A stretch of DNA of 64,000 bases from Bacteroidales bacterium (GTDB lineage: Bacteria > Bacteroidota > Bacteroidia > Bacteroidales > GCA-2748055). A program made the position numbers and the translations under genes. The notes under the pieces are model-generated. The model was given only the letters and a program-made list of their open reading frames with translations, was not told the origin of the DNA and searched no databases. Positions within the stretch are counted from its first letter, which is position 1; each line of letters begins with the position of its first letter. Below, in pieces: positions 41,201 through 51,546 of the stretch. The stretch lies in assembly GCA_029938715.1 (NCBI GenBank), contig JAOZUK010000004.1, positions 6,465-70,464 of the forward strand, written 5' to 3'.

Positions 41201-41811
41201 GCTTTCAATGCATCCATATCAAGGAGCTTGGCCAGCTCCTCCTGGTTGGGTGCTTCAACTTTCTGGATTTCGTGTGAAGTACGGAACCCATCAAAGAAAT
41301 GGAGGAATGGAACCCTTGTTTTGATGGAAGTCAGGTGGGCAACAGCAGCCAGGTCCATTACCTCCTGTACACTACCAGTTGCCAGCATGGCAAATCCTGT
41401 CTGGCGGGTCGACATTACATCACTGTGGTCTCCAAAGATAGAGAGTGCCTGTGCTGCGAGACTCCGTGCAGATACGTGGAATACCGCAGGAAGCAGCTCC
41501 CCTGACATTTTGTACATATTAGGAATCATCAAAAGGAGTCCCTGGGAAGCGGTAAATGTAGAGCAGAGAGTACCACTCTGCAACGCTCCGTGCATTGCAC
41601 CGGCGGCACCTGCCTCCGACTGCATTTCAGCGACCTTGACGATCTCTCCGAAAATGTTCTTTCTGCCATTGGCCGACCACTCATCCACATGCTCTGCCAT
41701 GTTGGAGGAAGGAGTGATGGGATAGATGGCAGCCACCTCACTAAACATGTAGGCAATATGCGCTGCGGCATAATTACCATCACATGTCATGAAATTTTTC
41801 TTATTTGCCAT
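38272..41811 (-). CDS. nifJ: pyruvate:ferredoxin (flavodoxin) oxidoreductase
   Basis: 1179 aa. Two ferredoxin-type clusters (CIQCNQCAYVCP, CTGCGNCADVCP) and the ThDP domain GGDGWAYDIG. Confidence 0.97.
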   Translation of the reverse strand: MANKKNFMTCDGNYAAAHIAYMFSEVAAIYPITPSSNMAEHVDEWSANGRKNIFGEIVKVAEMQSEAGAAGAMHGALQSGTLCSTFTASQGLLLMIPNMYKMSGELLPAVFHVSARSLAAQALSIFGDHSDVMSTRQTGFAMLATGSVQEVMDLAAVAHLTSIKTRVPFLHFFDGFRTSHEIQKVEAPNQEELAKLLDMDALKAFRDKALNPENPVTRGLAQNPDIYFQTREAINKFYEGIPDEVAAYMKEISKLTGREYKPFTYYGDEDAENIVIAMGSITETLKEVVDHLNAKGEKVGLLSVHLYRPFSAKYFMDVLPKSVKRISVLDRTKELGANGEPLYLDIKNLFYGKENAPLIVGGRYGLSSKDTTPAMMISVFNNLKMAEPKDQFTVGIVDDVTFTSLPLLPEISLSEAGTFEGKFYGLGSDGTVGANKNSIMIIGESTDKYCQAYFAYDSKKSGGITTSHLRFGDNPIRSPYLVGTPDLVACHVSSYLEKYDMLKGLKDGGTFLLNSIWSAEETIKHLPNHVKKYMADHKINFYIINGTKMAQDIGLGNRTNTIMQSAFFKIADIIPYDQAVEEMRKFIIKSFGRKGEEVVNMNFAAVEKGGDVTKVEVDAAWSKLGADAKKVDNRDIPDFVRNVVEPINNLAGDDLPVSAFTGREDGTFPSGTAQYEKRGIAVNVPEWIDDNCIQCNQCAYVCPHAAIRPFLIDEDEAKALPEGTKTIKANGKAFAGLQFKIQVSVLDCTGCGNCADVCPSKVKSLEMKPLETQESEIPRWDHLIKEISYKDTLVDKKQTVKNSQFAQPLFEFSGACAGCGETPYIKLITQLYGDQMIVANATGCSSIYGGSAPSTPYCSNNDGQGPAWANSLFEDNAEYGFGLATGVNKNRDRMKNRMVAAMDEVKPATKEAFGEWIASMENLDASKAASAKLLEVLDSETHVIAEELKDLKHYLVKKSVWIFGGDGWAYDIGYGGLDHVIASGEDVNILVMDTEVYSNTGGQASKATPVGAVAKFAASGKKIRKKDLGMMAMTYGYVYVAQVSMGASQSQYLKTVREAEAYPGPSIIIAYSPCISHGLRAGMGKTQSQGKFAVESGYWHLYRYNPVLEDQGKNPFLLDSKEPQWDQFQAFLQSEVRYTSLQKSFPEEAAHLFKAAQTNAKWRYDSYVRMASLDFAPKV

Positions 41812-41839
41812 GTTATTTTTACTTAAGTATTTAAATTAC

Positions 41840-41855
41840 AAATAGTTAACTATTT
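41840..41855. promoter_or_regulatory. perfect 16-bp palindrome AAATAGTTAACTATTT between the nifJ -7 box and the ATG
   Basis: The reverse complement of the sequence is identical to it. Confidence 0.3.
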
Positions 41856-41869
41856 AATTCATAGTCACC

Positions 41870-41877
41870 CAAAATTA
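41870..41877 (-). promoter_or_regulatory. -7 promoter box TAATTTTG for nifJ
   Basis: Perfect TAnnTTTG 59 nt upstream of the ATG. Confidence 0.5.
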
Positions 41878-41956
41878 GTAAATTAGGCTTAATTTTTATG
41901 GTAACCTCGTAATATAAAATCATTTCAAATAATTCCTTGATGCTTTGTGATCTAAC

Positions 41957-41983
41957 AAAAAAAGTGACGCTTTATACGTCACT
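41957..41983 (-). terminator. rho-independent terminator after rho
   Basis: AGTGACG-TATAAAG-CGTCACT perfect 7-bp stem, then T6 on the minus strand, 23 nt after the stop. Confidence 0.8.
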
Positions 41984-42006
41984 TTCTTTTGTTTATTCTA
42001 GCCGGA

Positions 42007-43821
42007 TCAGCCGCTGTTCATGGAGATCAGGAACTCCTCGTTACTGGCTGTTTTAACCAATCGGTCACGTAAGAATTGCATGGCTTCCACCGAATTCATA
42101 TCGGAAAGGTAATTCCTGAGGATCCAGATCTTGTCAAGCATGGGCTTGTCAAGCAGCAGGTCCTCGCGACGGGTACTGGATGGATTCACATCCACCGATG
42201 GGTATACCCGCTTGTTGGATAGCTTCCTGTCGAGCTGCAGCTCCATGTTTCCGGTCCCTTTAAACTCTTCAAATATCACTTCGTCCATTTTGGAGCCGGT
42301 CTCGGTAAGAGCGGTGGCAAGAATGGTAAGTGAACCCCCGTCTTCAATGTTCCTGGCTGCCCCAAAGAAACGCTTGGGCTTATGCAGGGCATTGGCATCC
42401 ACCCCACCGGAGAGTACCTTGCCCGATGCAGGAGAGATGGTATTGTAAGCCCTGGCAAGACGTGTAATGGAATCCAGCAGGATCACCACATCGTGACCAC
42501 ACTCCACCATTCGTTTGGCCTTTTCCAGAACAATATTGGCAATCCGTACATGCCTCTCTGCGGGTTCATCAAAAGTGGATGAGATCACCTCAGCATTTAC
42601 ATTCCTGGCCATGTCGGTCACCTCCTCGGGACGTTCATCGATCAGCAAAACAATCATATATACTTCAGGATGATTGGCAGCAATGGCATTGGCTATATCC
42701 TTCAGCAAAACAGTTTTACCAGTTTTGGGCTGAGCAACGATCAAGCCACGCTGTCCTTTCCCGATGGGGGCAAACATATCCACCACCCTCACAGATAGGT
42801 TGTGCTGTCCATGCCCCACCAGGGTAAACTTCTCTTCGGGGAAGAGAGGGGTCAGGTAATCGAATGGAACCCGGTCGCGAATGTAATCCGGACTGCGGCC
42901 ATTGATGGATTCTACCTTGATCAATGGGAAATATTTTTCACCCTCTTTGGGTGGACGAATGGTTCCGGTCACATTGTCTCCAGTTTTCAGACCAAAGAGT
43001 TTAATCTGGCTCTGGGAAACGTAGATATCATCGGGAGAGTTCAGGTAGTTGTAGTCGGAGGACCTCATGAAACCGTATCCATCAGGCATGATCTCAAGCA
43101 CGCCCGAGTTGGTAATCAAACCTTCAAAATCATACTTATCCACTTCCCTTCTTTCGTAGGGTTTTTTCTGACTATTTCTGTCAGATCTGTTATCTCCCCT
43201 ATCCCGATTGTCACGATTGTCACCCGGTCCTTTTCTCTCACTCCTGCTATCGCCCCTGTTATCACTCCTGTTATCACTCCTGTTATCGCCCCGTTTGTCG
43301 CCTCTGTTATCGCCTCTATTATCGCCTCTGTTATCGCGTTGTCCACCAGACTTGTCGCCTCGATTGTCGCGCTGGATAACGGGCCTGTCGCGCCTGTCAC
43401 CCCTGGGGCCACCCTCATTCCTTACGTGTCTGTCAGCATTTGAAGGGGCCTGCCTCTCTGAAACCTCTTCCTTCACCTCTTGCTTCACTTCTTCCTTTAC
43501 TTCAGGTGCTTCTGCCTTCACCTCAGGTTCACGCTTCTTCTCCTTTTTGGGTCGGCCTGGTCTTTTTTTGAGTTCCGGTTTTGTCTCTTTCGAAACCGAT
43601 TCACTTTTTGCTCTTCTGCTATTTTCCTTGTTTGGACTCTCTTTTTTGGTGATGTCCTTTTTGGCAGCTTTGCTTTCAGATACTACAATGGCTTGTGTAT
43701 CAAGAATTTTATAGATTAAATCCTGTTTTTTGAAAGACTCTACCCTTTTAATTTTAAGCTCCTTAGCAATCTCACGTAGCTCGGAGAGAAGCTTTTTATT
43801 CAATTCAAGAATATCGTACAT
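42007..43821 (-). CDS. rho: transcription termination factor Rho with a ~185-aa low-complexity N-terminal insertion
   Basis: Rho_N ([22 protein letters not shown]), the CSD-like RNA-binding domain ([14 protein letters not shown]) and the P-loop (AQPKTGKT). Residues ~50-235 are Arg/Asp/Asn/Gly/Lys/Glu-rich. Confidence 0.97.
   Translation of the reverse strand: MYDILELNKKLLSELREIAKELKIKRVESFKKQDLIYKILDTQAIVVSESKAAKKDITKKESPNKENSRRAKSESVSKETKPELKKRPGRPKKEKKREPEVKAEAPEVKEEVKQEVKEEVSERQAPSNADRHVRNEGGPRGDRRDRPVIQRDNRGDKSGGQRDNRGDNRGDNRGDKRGDNRSDNRSDNRGDSRSERKGPGDNRDNRDRGDNRSDRNSQKKPYERREVDKYDFEGLITNSGVLEIMPDGYGFMRSSDYNYLNSPDDIYVSQSQIKLFGLKTGDNVTGTIRPPKEGEKYFPLIKVESINGRSPDYIRDRVPFDYLTPLFPEEKFTLVGHGQHNLSVRVVDMFAPIGKGQRGLIVAQPKTGKTVLLKDIANAIAANHPEVYMIVLLIDERPEEVTDMARNVNAEVISSTFDEPAERHVRIANIVLEKAKRMVECGHDVVILLDSITRLARAYNTISPASGKVLSGGVDANALHKPKRFFGAARNIEDGGSLTILATALTETGSKMDEVIFEEFKGTGNMELQLDRKLSNKRVYPSVDVNPSSTRREDLLLDKPMLDKIWILRNYLSDMNSVEAMQFLRDRLVKTASNEEFLISMNSG
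43241..43336. repeat. about 8 tandem copies of a 12-bp unit (cYcctgttatcR) encoding (RGDN/RSDN)n in Rho
   Basis: The units read ctcctgctatcg, cccctgttatca, ctcctgttatca, ctcctgttatcg, ccccgtttgtcg, cctctgttatcg, cctctattatcg, cctctgttatcg. More degenerate copies flank them. Confidence 0.9.
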
Positions 43822-43883
43822 AAATGTATGGTAATTAAATAATGATCCCGCAGGGAATGTTGTAAATCAAGATAATTGGAATA

Positions 43884-43918
43884 TCAATAGAATGGAACTA
43901 AAGTTCGATAGAATGGAA
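43884..43918. repeat. two 14-bp direct repeats (TCRATAGAATGGAA) phased 21 bp apart in the rho leader / rho-rpoD intergenic region
   Basis: tcaatagaatggaa at 43884-43897 and tcgatagaatggaa at 43905-43918, 13/14 identical. Confidence 0.85.
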
Positions 43919-43954
43919 TTCTGTTGCAATATTAAAAGAATTATGGTGAACTAC

Positions 43955-43962
43955 CAAAAATA
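43955..43962 (-). promoter_or_regulatory. -7 promoter box TATTTTTG, candidate rho promoter (~125-nt leader)
   Basis: Perfect TAnnTTTG on the minus strand, 134 nt upstream of the rho ATG. Confidence 0.45.
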
Positions 43963-44004
43963 ATATATATTTAGGATCATTTTACCACATTTTGCCCTGA
44001 GTTC

Positions 44005-44868
44005 ATGAGACAACTCAAGATCATTAAGCAGGTTACTAACAGGGAAACACCATCTCTTGATAAATACTTGCATGAAATTGGCAAAGTGGATCTGATCACT
44101 GCTGATGAGGAGGTGGAACTGGCTCGTAGAATCAGGAAAGGGGATGCTGAGGCCATGGAAAAATTGATAAAAGCAAACCTCCGTTTTGTTGTCTCAGTTT
44201 CAAAGCAGTACCAGAACCAGGGATTAAGCCTTCCCGACCTGATCAATGAGGGAAATCTGGGATTAATCAAGGCTGCTCAGCGGTTCGACGAGACCCGCGG
44301 TTTCAAATTCATCAGTTATGCGGTATGGTGGATCAGACAATCTATTTTACAGGCCCTTGCCGAGCAGGCCCGCATTGTCAGGTTACCACTGAATAAAATA
44401 GGTTCCATCAATAAGATCAATAAAACCTTTGCCGAACTGGAGCAGAAGTTTGAGAGGGAACCAACCATCCTCGAGATTGCCCAGGCCCTTGAGCTGGCAC
44501 CGGAAGATGTAAAAGATGCCATTCGGAGTTCCGGAAGACATGTGTCTATGGATGCCCCCCTTCAGGATGGTGAGGATGGGAACATGTACGATGTATTGCT
44601 CAATGGTGAAACCCCTTCACCCGATCGCGGACTCCTTAATGATTCACTCAGAAAAGAGATCGAACGTGCACTCAGCACACTTACCTACAGGGAAGCCAGC
44701 ATCATCAGGCTCTATTTCGGATTAAATGGGAAGCATCCCCATACCCTGGAAGAGATCGGGGAAGAGTTTAACCTGACCCGGGAAAGGGTGCGTCAGATCA
44801 AGGAGAAAGCCATTAAAAGGCTAAAGCACACCACCCGCAGCAAGATCCTCAAAAGCTACCTCGGCTAA
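44005..44868 (+). CDS. rpoD: primary RNA polymerase sigma factor (Bacteroidota 287-aa sigma-70 family)
   Basis: Region 2 motifs ([26 protein letters not shown]) and region 4 ([23 protein letters not shown]). Confidence 0.95.
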   Translation: MRQLKIIKQVTNRETPSLDKYLHEIGKVDLITADEEVELARRIRKGDAEAMEKLIKANLRFVVSVSKQYQNQGLSLPDLINEGNLGLIKAAQRFDETRGFKFISYAVWWIRQSILQALAEQARIVRLPLNKIGSINKINKTFAELEQKFEREPTILEIAQALELAPEDVKDAIRSSGRHVSMDAPLQDGEDGNMYDVLLNGETPSPDRGLLNDSLRKEIERALSTLTYREASIIRLYFGLNGKHPHTLEEIGEEFNLTRERVRQIKEKAIKRLKHTTRSKILKSYLG

Positions 44869-44920
44869 CATTCACTTTTTTGTAACATGGCGAAGCCATA
44901 TGTAACCCTAACCTTATTAA

Positions 44921-45640
44921 CTATTTTTTAATTATATCGCCTGCGCTGGAGCTTCGGGAGTGGACAATTTCGGCTCCGCCTTTGTGATAGATATTGCCAG
45001 CACTGGAAGCATTCATGGAAATTTCGTCTGTGGCGTGTACCCTTGCGTCCCCTGCACTGGAAACATCTACAGATGCGGTTTCGGCAATCAGATCAAATGC
45101 ATGCAGATCACCCGCGCTGCTCAGTCTTGCATCCAGAACACCAGTGTGCCCGGTAAGCGTTGCATCTCCACTTGAACTGATATCAATGTCGATCCTCTCA
45201 GCTTCCACATCGAGCTTAAGATCACCTGCACTGCTGATGGATATCCTCAGGTCATCGCATTTGAAGGGTGTCATCCCTTTACAATCACCGGCACTGCTTA
45301 TTTTCAGCTCCTTGAGCTCTGGTAGTGTTACATAGACCTTTTTTGATTTGGCATTCCTGATGTTTACCCGATCGGTCTTGATCACAAGCATATTCCCATT
45401 TAATTCGGTAAGGATCACCTCCATCAGGTTTTCATCTGCCTCAACCTTCACATCAAAACCATTGCCTTCACTCAGGAATACATCAATGCCCGTACTTGCA
45501 TGCACGCCTGTAAAGCCCGAAACATCCCTTGATTCTTCTTCTACATTTCCATTGCCGGAGATTCCATTGTTCCAACCGTCAATGATGCAGGAGTTTAGTA
45601 AGAGCGCGATGATAATTATAAGAAATGCTGATTTTTTCAT
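44921..45640 (-). CDS. lipoprotein with head GIN domain (DUF2807-like beta-helix repeats)
   Basis: Lipobox LLNSC and seven repeats of S-[SA]-[AS]-G-[DN] spaced about 20 aa apart (SSAGDCK, SSAGDLK, SSSGDAT, SSAGDLH, SSAGDAR, SSAGNIY, SSAGDII). Confidence 0.8.
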   Translation of the reverse strand: MKKSAFLIIIIALLLNSCIIDGWNNGISGNGNVEEESRDVSGFTGVHASTGIDVFLSEGNGFDVKVEADENLMEVILTELNGNMLVIKTDRVNIRNAKSKKVYVTLPELKELKISSAGDCKGMTPFKCDDLRISISSAGDLKLDVEAERIDIDISSSGDATLTGHTGVLDARLSSAGDLHAFDLIAETASVDVSSAGDARVHATDEISMNASSAGNIYHKGGAEIVHSRSSSAGDIIKK

Positions 45641-45712
45641 TTTGAGCTAGTTTATAAGTTTAAATCTGTAGTGGTATATCTCTTAACTATAGACGCATGA
45701 CAAATCAAAATG

Positions 45713-46900
45713 TTACTCCACTTCCATAACCAGCCCCTTCAGATACTCTCCTTCCAGATGGAATATGCTCACAGGATGATCTGGAGGTTGCGACAATTGA
45801 TACAGGATCCTTACCTTACGTCTGGCATTGGCCGCTGCAACAAAAACCGATTTACGAAAGTTCTCCCGGCTCACAGCCTGCGAACAGCTAAAAGTAAAGA
45901 GGAGCCCCCCTGAGGCGATCTTTTCAAACGCCTTTTGATTAAGCCGCTTATATCCCTGAAGGGCATTGTTCAAAACATTCTGATGCTTGGCAAAAGCGGG
46001 CGGATCCAAAATGATCAGATCGTAAGATTCTTGCATCTCATTGAGGTATCTGAAAGCATCCTCAGCGAAAGCTTCGTGTCGTGGATCATTGGGAAAATTC
46101 ATCTCCATGTGCTCACGGGTGAGATCAATGGCCTTCCCGCTGCTATCCACACTGTGCACTACTTTCGCACCTCCCCCCAAACCATACACGCTAAAACCAC
46201 CTGTATATCCAAACATATTCAGTACCTTACGGTCTCTGGACCACTCCCCCACCAGCTTCCGATTCTCTCTCTGATCGATGAAAAATCCTGTTTTCTGCCC
46301 CTGCACCCAATTCACATTAAACCTGTATCCATTCTCCAGCACCTCACCCTTTTCAAGATTCCCCAGGAGAAATCCACTTCGATTCGAAATCCCCGGTTTA
46401 TCAGGAAGGCTTGAGTCGCTCTTGTTATAAATGGTGTGTACCTGCTCTCCTGCCACTTTTTTCAGTGATTGGACTATGGCTCCAAGGTTCTGGTACATTC
46501 CAATAGAATGCATCTGTACCACAGCCACTCCCCCATAGTAATCCACAATCAGTCCGGGTAATCCATCACCTTCGGCGTTGATCCATCTGAAGACATTGGT
46601 TTGTGCACTGGGTAGCAACCCAAGATTTTGCCGCAGCTTCCATGCATTACCCACTCGCTCGTCCCAGAACTCCTGATTCAAATCCAGTTTATGAAAGCTC
46701 AGTACCCTCACTGCTATGGAACCATCCTGGTAATGACCCGACGCCAGGAATTCGTCCTTATTGTCGTAAATATCGACCAGAATACCCTCCCTGGCCGGAC
46801 CGTAAATTTTCTTAATGGCCCCCGAAAACACCCAGGGATGATAACGTCTTAACGATTGGTCTTTGCCTGATTTTAATACAATACGGGTTCTTTCGCTCAT
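45713..46900 (-). CDS. class I SAM-dependent rRNA (cytosine-C5) methyltransferase, RlmI-like (PUA + MTase)
   Basis: KVLNMFGYTGGFSVY SAM-binding region and LIILDPPAF motif. Confidence 0.85.
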   Translation of the reverse strand: MSERTRIVLKSGKDQSLRRYHPWVFSGAIKKIYGPAREGILVDIYDNKDEFLASGHYQDGSIAVRVLSFHKLDLNQEFWDERVGNAWKLRQNLGLLPSAQTNVFRWINAEGDGLPGLIVDYYGGVAVVQMHSIGMYQNLGAIVQSLKKVAGEQVHTIYNKSDSSLPDKPGISNRSGFLLGNLEKGEVLENGYRFNVNWVQGQKTGFFIDQRENRKLVGEWSRDRKVLNMFGYTGGFSVYGLGGGAKVVHSVDSSGKAIDLTREHMEMNFPNDPRHEAFAEDAFRYLNEMQESYDLIILDPPAFAKHQNVLNNALQGYKRLNQKAFEKIASGGLLFTFSCSQAVSRENFRKSVFVAAANARRKVRILYQLSQPPDHPVSIFHLEGEYLKGLVMEVE

Positions 46901-46904
46901 GTTC

Positions 46905-47486
46905 CTACGATAAAACTGTTCTTAACCTGTTGTAGATCTTCAGGCATATCCAGGCATCAGTTGCCGCATACCTTAATTGTGCTTCAGTCAGCAGGTCGGA
47001 GTCCCAGTTGGAGACTTGCTGAGATTTCGATATGCGTCGTCCGAGCACAATCCCACTCAATTTTTTCAATCCTTTCTCCTCGATTCGAAAAGCACCCACA
47101 TATTGTTGCAGATCCAGGAATCCGCCCGGTTCAAATTGAAAATCTGCCCTCAACCTGCGTAAATCATCATTCAGGCCCAATCCCACCTTAAGAATCTCTT
47201 CCCGGTTAAGCAGGTCAAGCAGTTCAGGTGGATAACCCATCCTGTTCACACGAAGTAGCCATGCCTGGTCGAGGGTTGAAATCTGTATCAATGCAGTGGG
47301 ATAAACCACTCCTTTCTTAAATGAGGGCCTTGTCTCTGTATCAAATCCCAGAACAGACTGCTCATTGATATGTGGAATCTCTTTTAGAAAACCCTCCTCG
47401 GTATCGATCAATTTGATGGGTCCCTCGTACTGGATCAACTCCAGATCGGCCACCTCTTCTTTGGTAATCTCGCTTTGAAACATCAC
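46905..47486 (-). CDS. 3'-5' exonuclease (DEDDy / RNase D-like domain)
   Basis: LGFDTETRP (ExoI), GLGLNDDL (ExoII) and YAATDAW (ExoIII). Confidence 0.85.
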   Translation of the reverse strand: MMFQSEITKEEVADLELIQYEGPIKLIDTEEGFLKEIPHINEQSVLGFDTETRPSFKKGVVYPTALIQISTLDQAWLLRVNRMGYPPELLDLLNREEILKVGLGLNDDLRRLRADFQFEPGGFLDLQQYVGAFRIEEKGLKKLSGIVLGRRISKSQQVSNWDSDLLTEAQLRYAATDAWICLKIYNRLRTVLS

Positions 47487-48055
47487 TCCTTTTCTGTTGG
47501 ATCTTTACCCGACACATACAGCTCATGCAGTGCGGTCAATGATTGTAATAATTTTTTTCCCCAGTGTTCGGCAAAACGCACACCCAACTCCCAGGCTGAA
47601 TCATTCATAATCTCCTCTATACCACGACTGTATATGATTGTGAAGTTCTTTAATTCCTGGTATACATCGGCTGTATCTTCAGATATGGTGTGGGTAACAA
47701 GCTCTGAGCGGTCGAATTCGTCTTCAACGGCCGGGCGCAGGTATTCGTTATAAGCACCAAGGATCATTGAAATTCGCTGGTAGATCAAGGACCACTCCTG
47801 CTCCGTAACGGTGGGATCTTCAGGTGAGTCATTCACGGGATCGGTAGCATCCAACTTAATGAATGAGGTGTATACTTCTGAAAAATGCTTGACGGCTTCG
47901 GAAATAAAAGCTCTACCCTCCTCTCCTTTCAACTGCTCAATAAACTGGCAAAAACCATTAGCTGTAGTGACAAATTCCACCATTTCATTGGAATACACAT
48001 AATTATGAAGACTTGAACTCTCTTCTTGCATGGGGCAAATATAGTTAAAAGCCAT
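47483..48055 (-). CDS. DUF5063-like hypothetical protein
   Basis: VEFVTTANGFCQFIEQ...ADVYQELKNF...HWGKKLLQSLTALHELY. Overlaps its neighbours by 1 nt and 4 nt. Confidence 0.65.
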   Translation of the reverse strand: MAFNYICPMQEESSSLHNYVYSNEMVEFVTTANGFCQFIEQLKGEEGRAFISEAVKHFSEVYTSFIKLDATDPVNDSPEDPTVTEQEWSLIYQRISMILGAYNEYLRPAVEDEFDRSELVTHTISEDTADVYQELKNFTIIYSRGIEEIMNDSAWELGVRFAEHWGKKLLQSLTALHELYVSGKDPTEKE

Positions 48056-50007
48056 TAGATTTCAGGCGTTCCCTTTTCCCACCTCATCAATAGGTTCTTT
48101 TCCCTTACCACCTTACCTTGATCCACCAGCCACTCTGCTACCTGAGCCACCTCCTCAGGATCCGCTTCCAACCTGGATATGAGCTCCTCCAGGCTCATGC
48201 CCTCAACCGATAGATGCTCCGCAATGGATCTGGCAATGGATTGAAACTCTTCACTACGGGGATCTGGAGCACTCTTTGACAAACAGACATCACACCGACC
48301 GCAGGCAGGAGTGTCACGCTGACCAAAATAGCTCAGCAGAAACTGGTTTCTGCAAAGGGTTTTGGCCGATGCATAGCGAAGCATCTCCATCACTCTTTTT
48401 TCGTACCGTTCCTTTCTAAAATTGTACCTCCCTGGTGAGATGAACAGATTCCTTTCGTCGAGCCGTTCCTCCAGAAAGGTAATCACCGGAACCTCCTTGC
48501 GGGGTAAATAGTAAATAATCTGTCGGGTTGAAAGGGATTTTAGATAGTTGTAAACCCGCTCGGCCGACAGGCCCGACCTCCTGGCCAGGAAAACTTCATC
48601 GATCTTCACAAACTGGGTGAATAGCCCACTGTAAGATCTAAGCAACAACTTGATAAATCCATCAAAATCCCCATGCTTCACCTGAAAACCATAGAGTCCG
48701 TCGCGTTCCACCCGGAATTTAATACGTGAAGGATTATGAAATGCATCGGTGAGGGAAATATAGCCCTCGCGGCTAAGGATTGTAATTGCGCTGCTGGCCA
48801 CCATGGCATTAAACCTGAACCGATGCAGGAACTCTCCAATCTCAAAATCATATTGCTGTCCTTTTCCACTTCCCTGTGCAATCTGAAGATAGTTACAGAG
48901 GGCCATGTACACTTCCCGAACTTTTGGAATTCCCGGAAAGTTCACTTCAATGCGTTGTTTTAGGAGTCGCTCATCGGCCGGACTGTGCAAAAGGATGGCC
49001 CATGACCTGGTACCATCCCTCCCGGCTCTCCCTGCCTCCTGAAAATAGGCCTCCGGTGAATCGGGCAGGTCCATATGAATCACAAAATGTACATCGGGTT
49101 TATCAATCCCCATTCCAAAAGCGTTGGTGGCCACCATTACACGGTAACGATTTTCGGTCCATCCCTGCTGACGCTGGTTTCTTGCTTCCTGTTTTAGTCC
49201 GGCATGGTAATAATCGGCCGTTACTCCTTCACCCTGGAGCATTTGCGCAATCTCCCGACATTTCTTCCGGCTCCTAGTATATATGATACCGCTTCCGTTA
49301 AGCTTCTGTATCATGCGGGTAAGCTCACCCTGCTTATCTTCGGTCTGCCTGACTATATAGGTCAGGTTTTCCCTTTGAAAGCTCATTTTTAACAGGTTCT
49401 TTTCCCTGAATAACAAGCGTTCCTGAATATCGGCACACACTTCCGGGGTGGCTGTGGCTGTAAGGGCCAGTACAGGAATATGCTCAACTATTTGTCGCAA
49501 AGAACTGATTTCCAGGTAGGATGGCCTAAAATCATATCCCCATTGTGAAATGCAATGTGCCTCATCCACTGCAATCAGGTTTACATTCATATCTCTGACA
49601 CGGGTAAGGAAGAGTTCGGTGGAGAGGCGTTCAGGGGATAGATAAAGAAATTTATAGTCCCCAAAGACGCAATTATTTAGTGTTATGTCAATTTCATACC
49701 GGGTCATGCCCGAATGGATGGCTGTAGCTTTGATCCTCCTTCGGTTCAGCTGGTCCACCTGGTCCTTCATCAAAGCGATCAAAGGAGTGATCACAAGGCA
49801 AATCCCTTCCGTGGCCAGTGCTGGAACCTGGAAGGTAACAGACTTTCCTCCGCCTGTTGGCATCAGGGCCAGGGTGTCGTTTCCTGCCAGTACGGAAAGG
49901 ATGATCTCTTCCTGTAAGGGCCTGAATTCTGTGAACCCCCAGAAACGAGATAATATCCCTCGAATTTCTTCAAGTTTTACTAAGCTTTTTTTTTGTAATT
50001 TTGCCAC
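48055..50007 (-). CDS. recQ: RecQ-family ATP-dependent DNA helicase
   Basis: Motifs MPTGGGKS, DEAHCISQWGYDFRP, TATAT, ATNAFGMGIDKPDV and QEAGRAGRDG, plus a C-terminal Zn finger (CGRCDVC). GTG start. Confidence 0.93.
   Translation of the reverse strand: MAKLQKKSLVKLEEIRGILSRFWGFTEFRPLQEEIILSVLAGNDTLALMPTGGGKSVTFQVPALATEGICLVITPLIALMKDQVDQLNRRRIKATAIHSGMTRYEIDITLNNCVFGDYKFLYLSPERLSTELFLTRVRDMNVNLIAVDEAHCISQWGYDFRPSYLEISSLRQIVEHIPVLALTATATPEVCADIQERLLFREKNLLKMSFQRENLTYIVRQTEDKQGELTRMIQKLNGSGIIYTRSRKKCREIAQMLQGEGVTADYYHAGLKQEARNQRQQGWTENRYRVMVATNAFGMGIDKPDVHFVIHMDLPDSPEAYFQEAGRAGRDGTRSWAILLHSPADERLLKQRIEVNFPGIPKVREVYMALCNYLQIAQGSGKGQQYDFEIGEFLHRFRFNAMVASSAITILSREGYISLTDAFHNPSRIKFRVERDGLYGFQVKHGDFDGFIKLLLRSYSGLFTQFVKIDEVFLARRSGLSAERVYNYLKSLSTRQIIYYLPRKEVPVITFLEERLDERNLFISPGRYNFRKERYEKRVMEMLRYASAKTLCRNQFLLSYFGQRDTPACGRCDVCLSKSAPDPRSEEFQSIARSIAEHLSVEGMSLEELISRLEADPEEVAQVAEWLVDQGKVVREKNLLMRWEKGTPEI
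49996..50003 (+). promoter_or_regulatory. -7 promoter box TAATTTTG, candidate guaB promoter inside the recQ 5' end
   Basis: Perfect TAnnTTTG 31 nt upstream of the guaB ATG. Confidence 0.4.
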
Positions 50008-50019
50008 ATTTAAATTTAA

Positions 50020-51504
<1,485 letters not shown>

Positions 51505-51546
51505 TATTTACAGAAACTAACCGTTTTACATAAAATAATAATTGAA

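Noticed and set aside
43241-43336. Short tandem repeats that might be mistaken for a CRISPR-like array
   Set aside because: The 12-bp units are contiguous with no spacers and lie in frame inside rho. There are no cas genes anywhere in the window.
43208-43714. 168-aa plus-strand ORF rich in LSPLLS repeats, plus other ORFs at 43116-43719
   Set aside because: They are the antisense reading of the 12-bp tandem repeats in the rho insertion. They stay open only because of repeat composition and are not independent genes.
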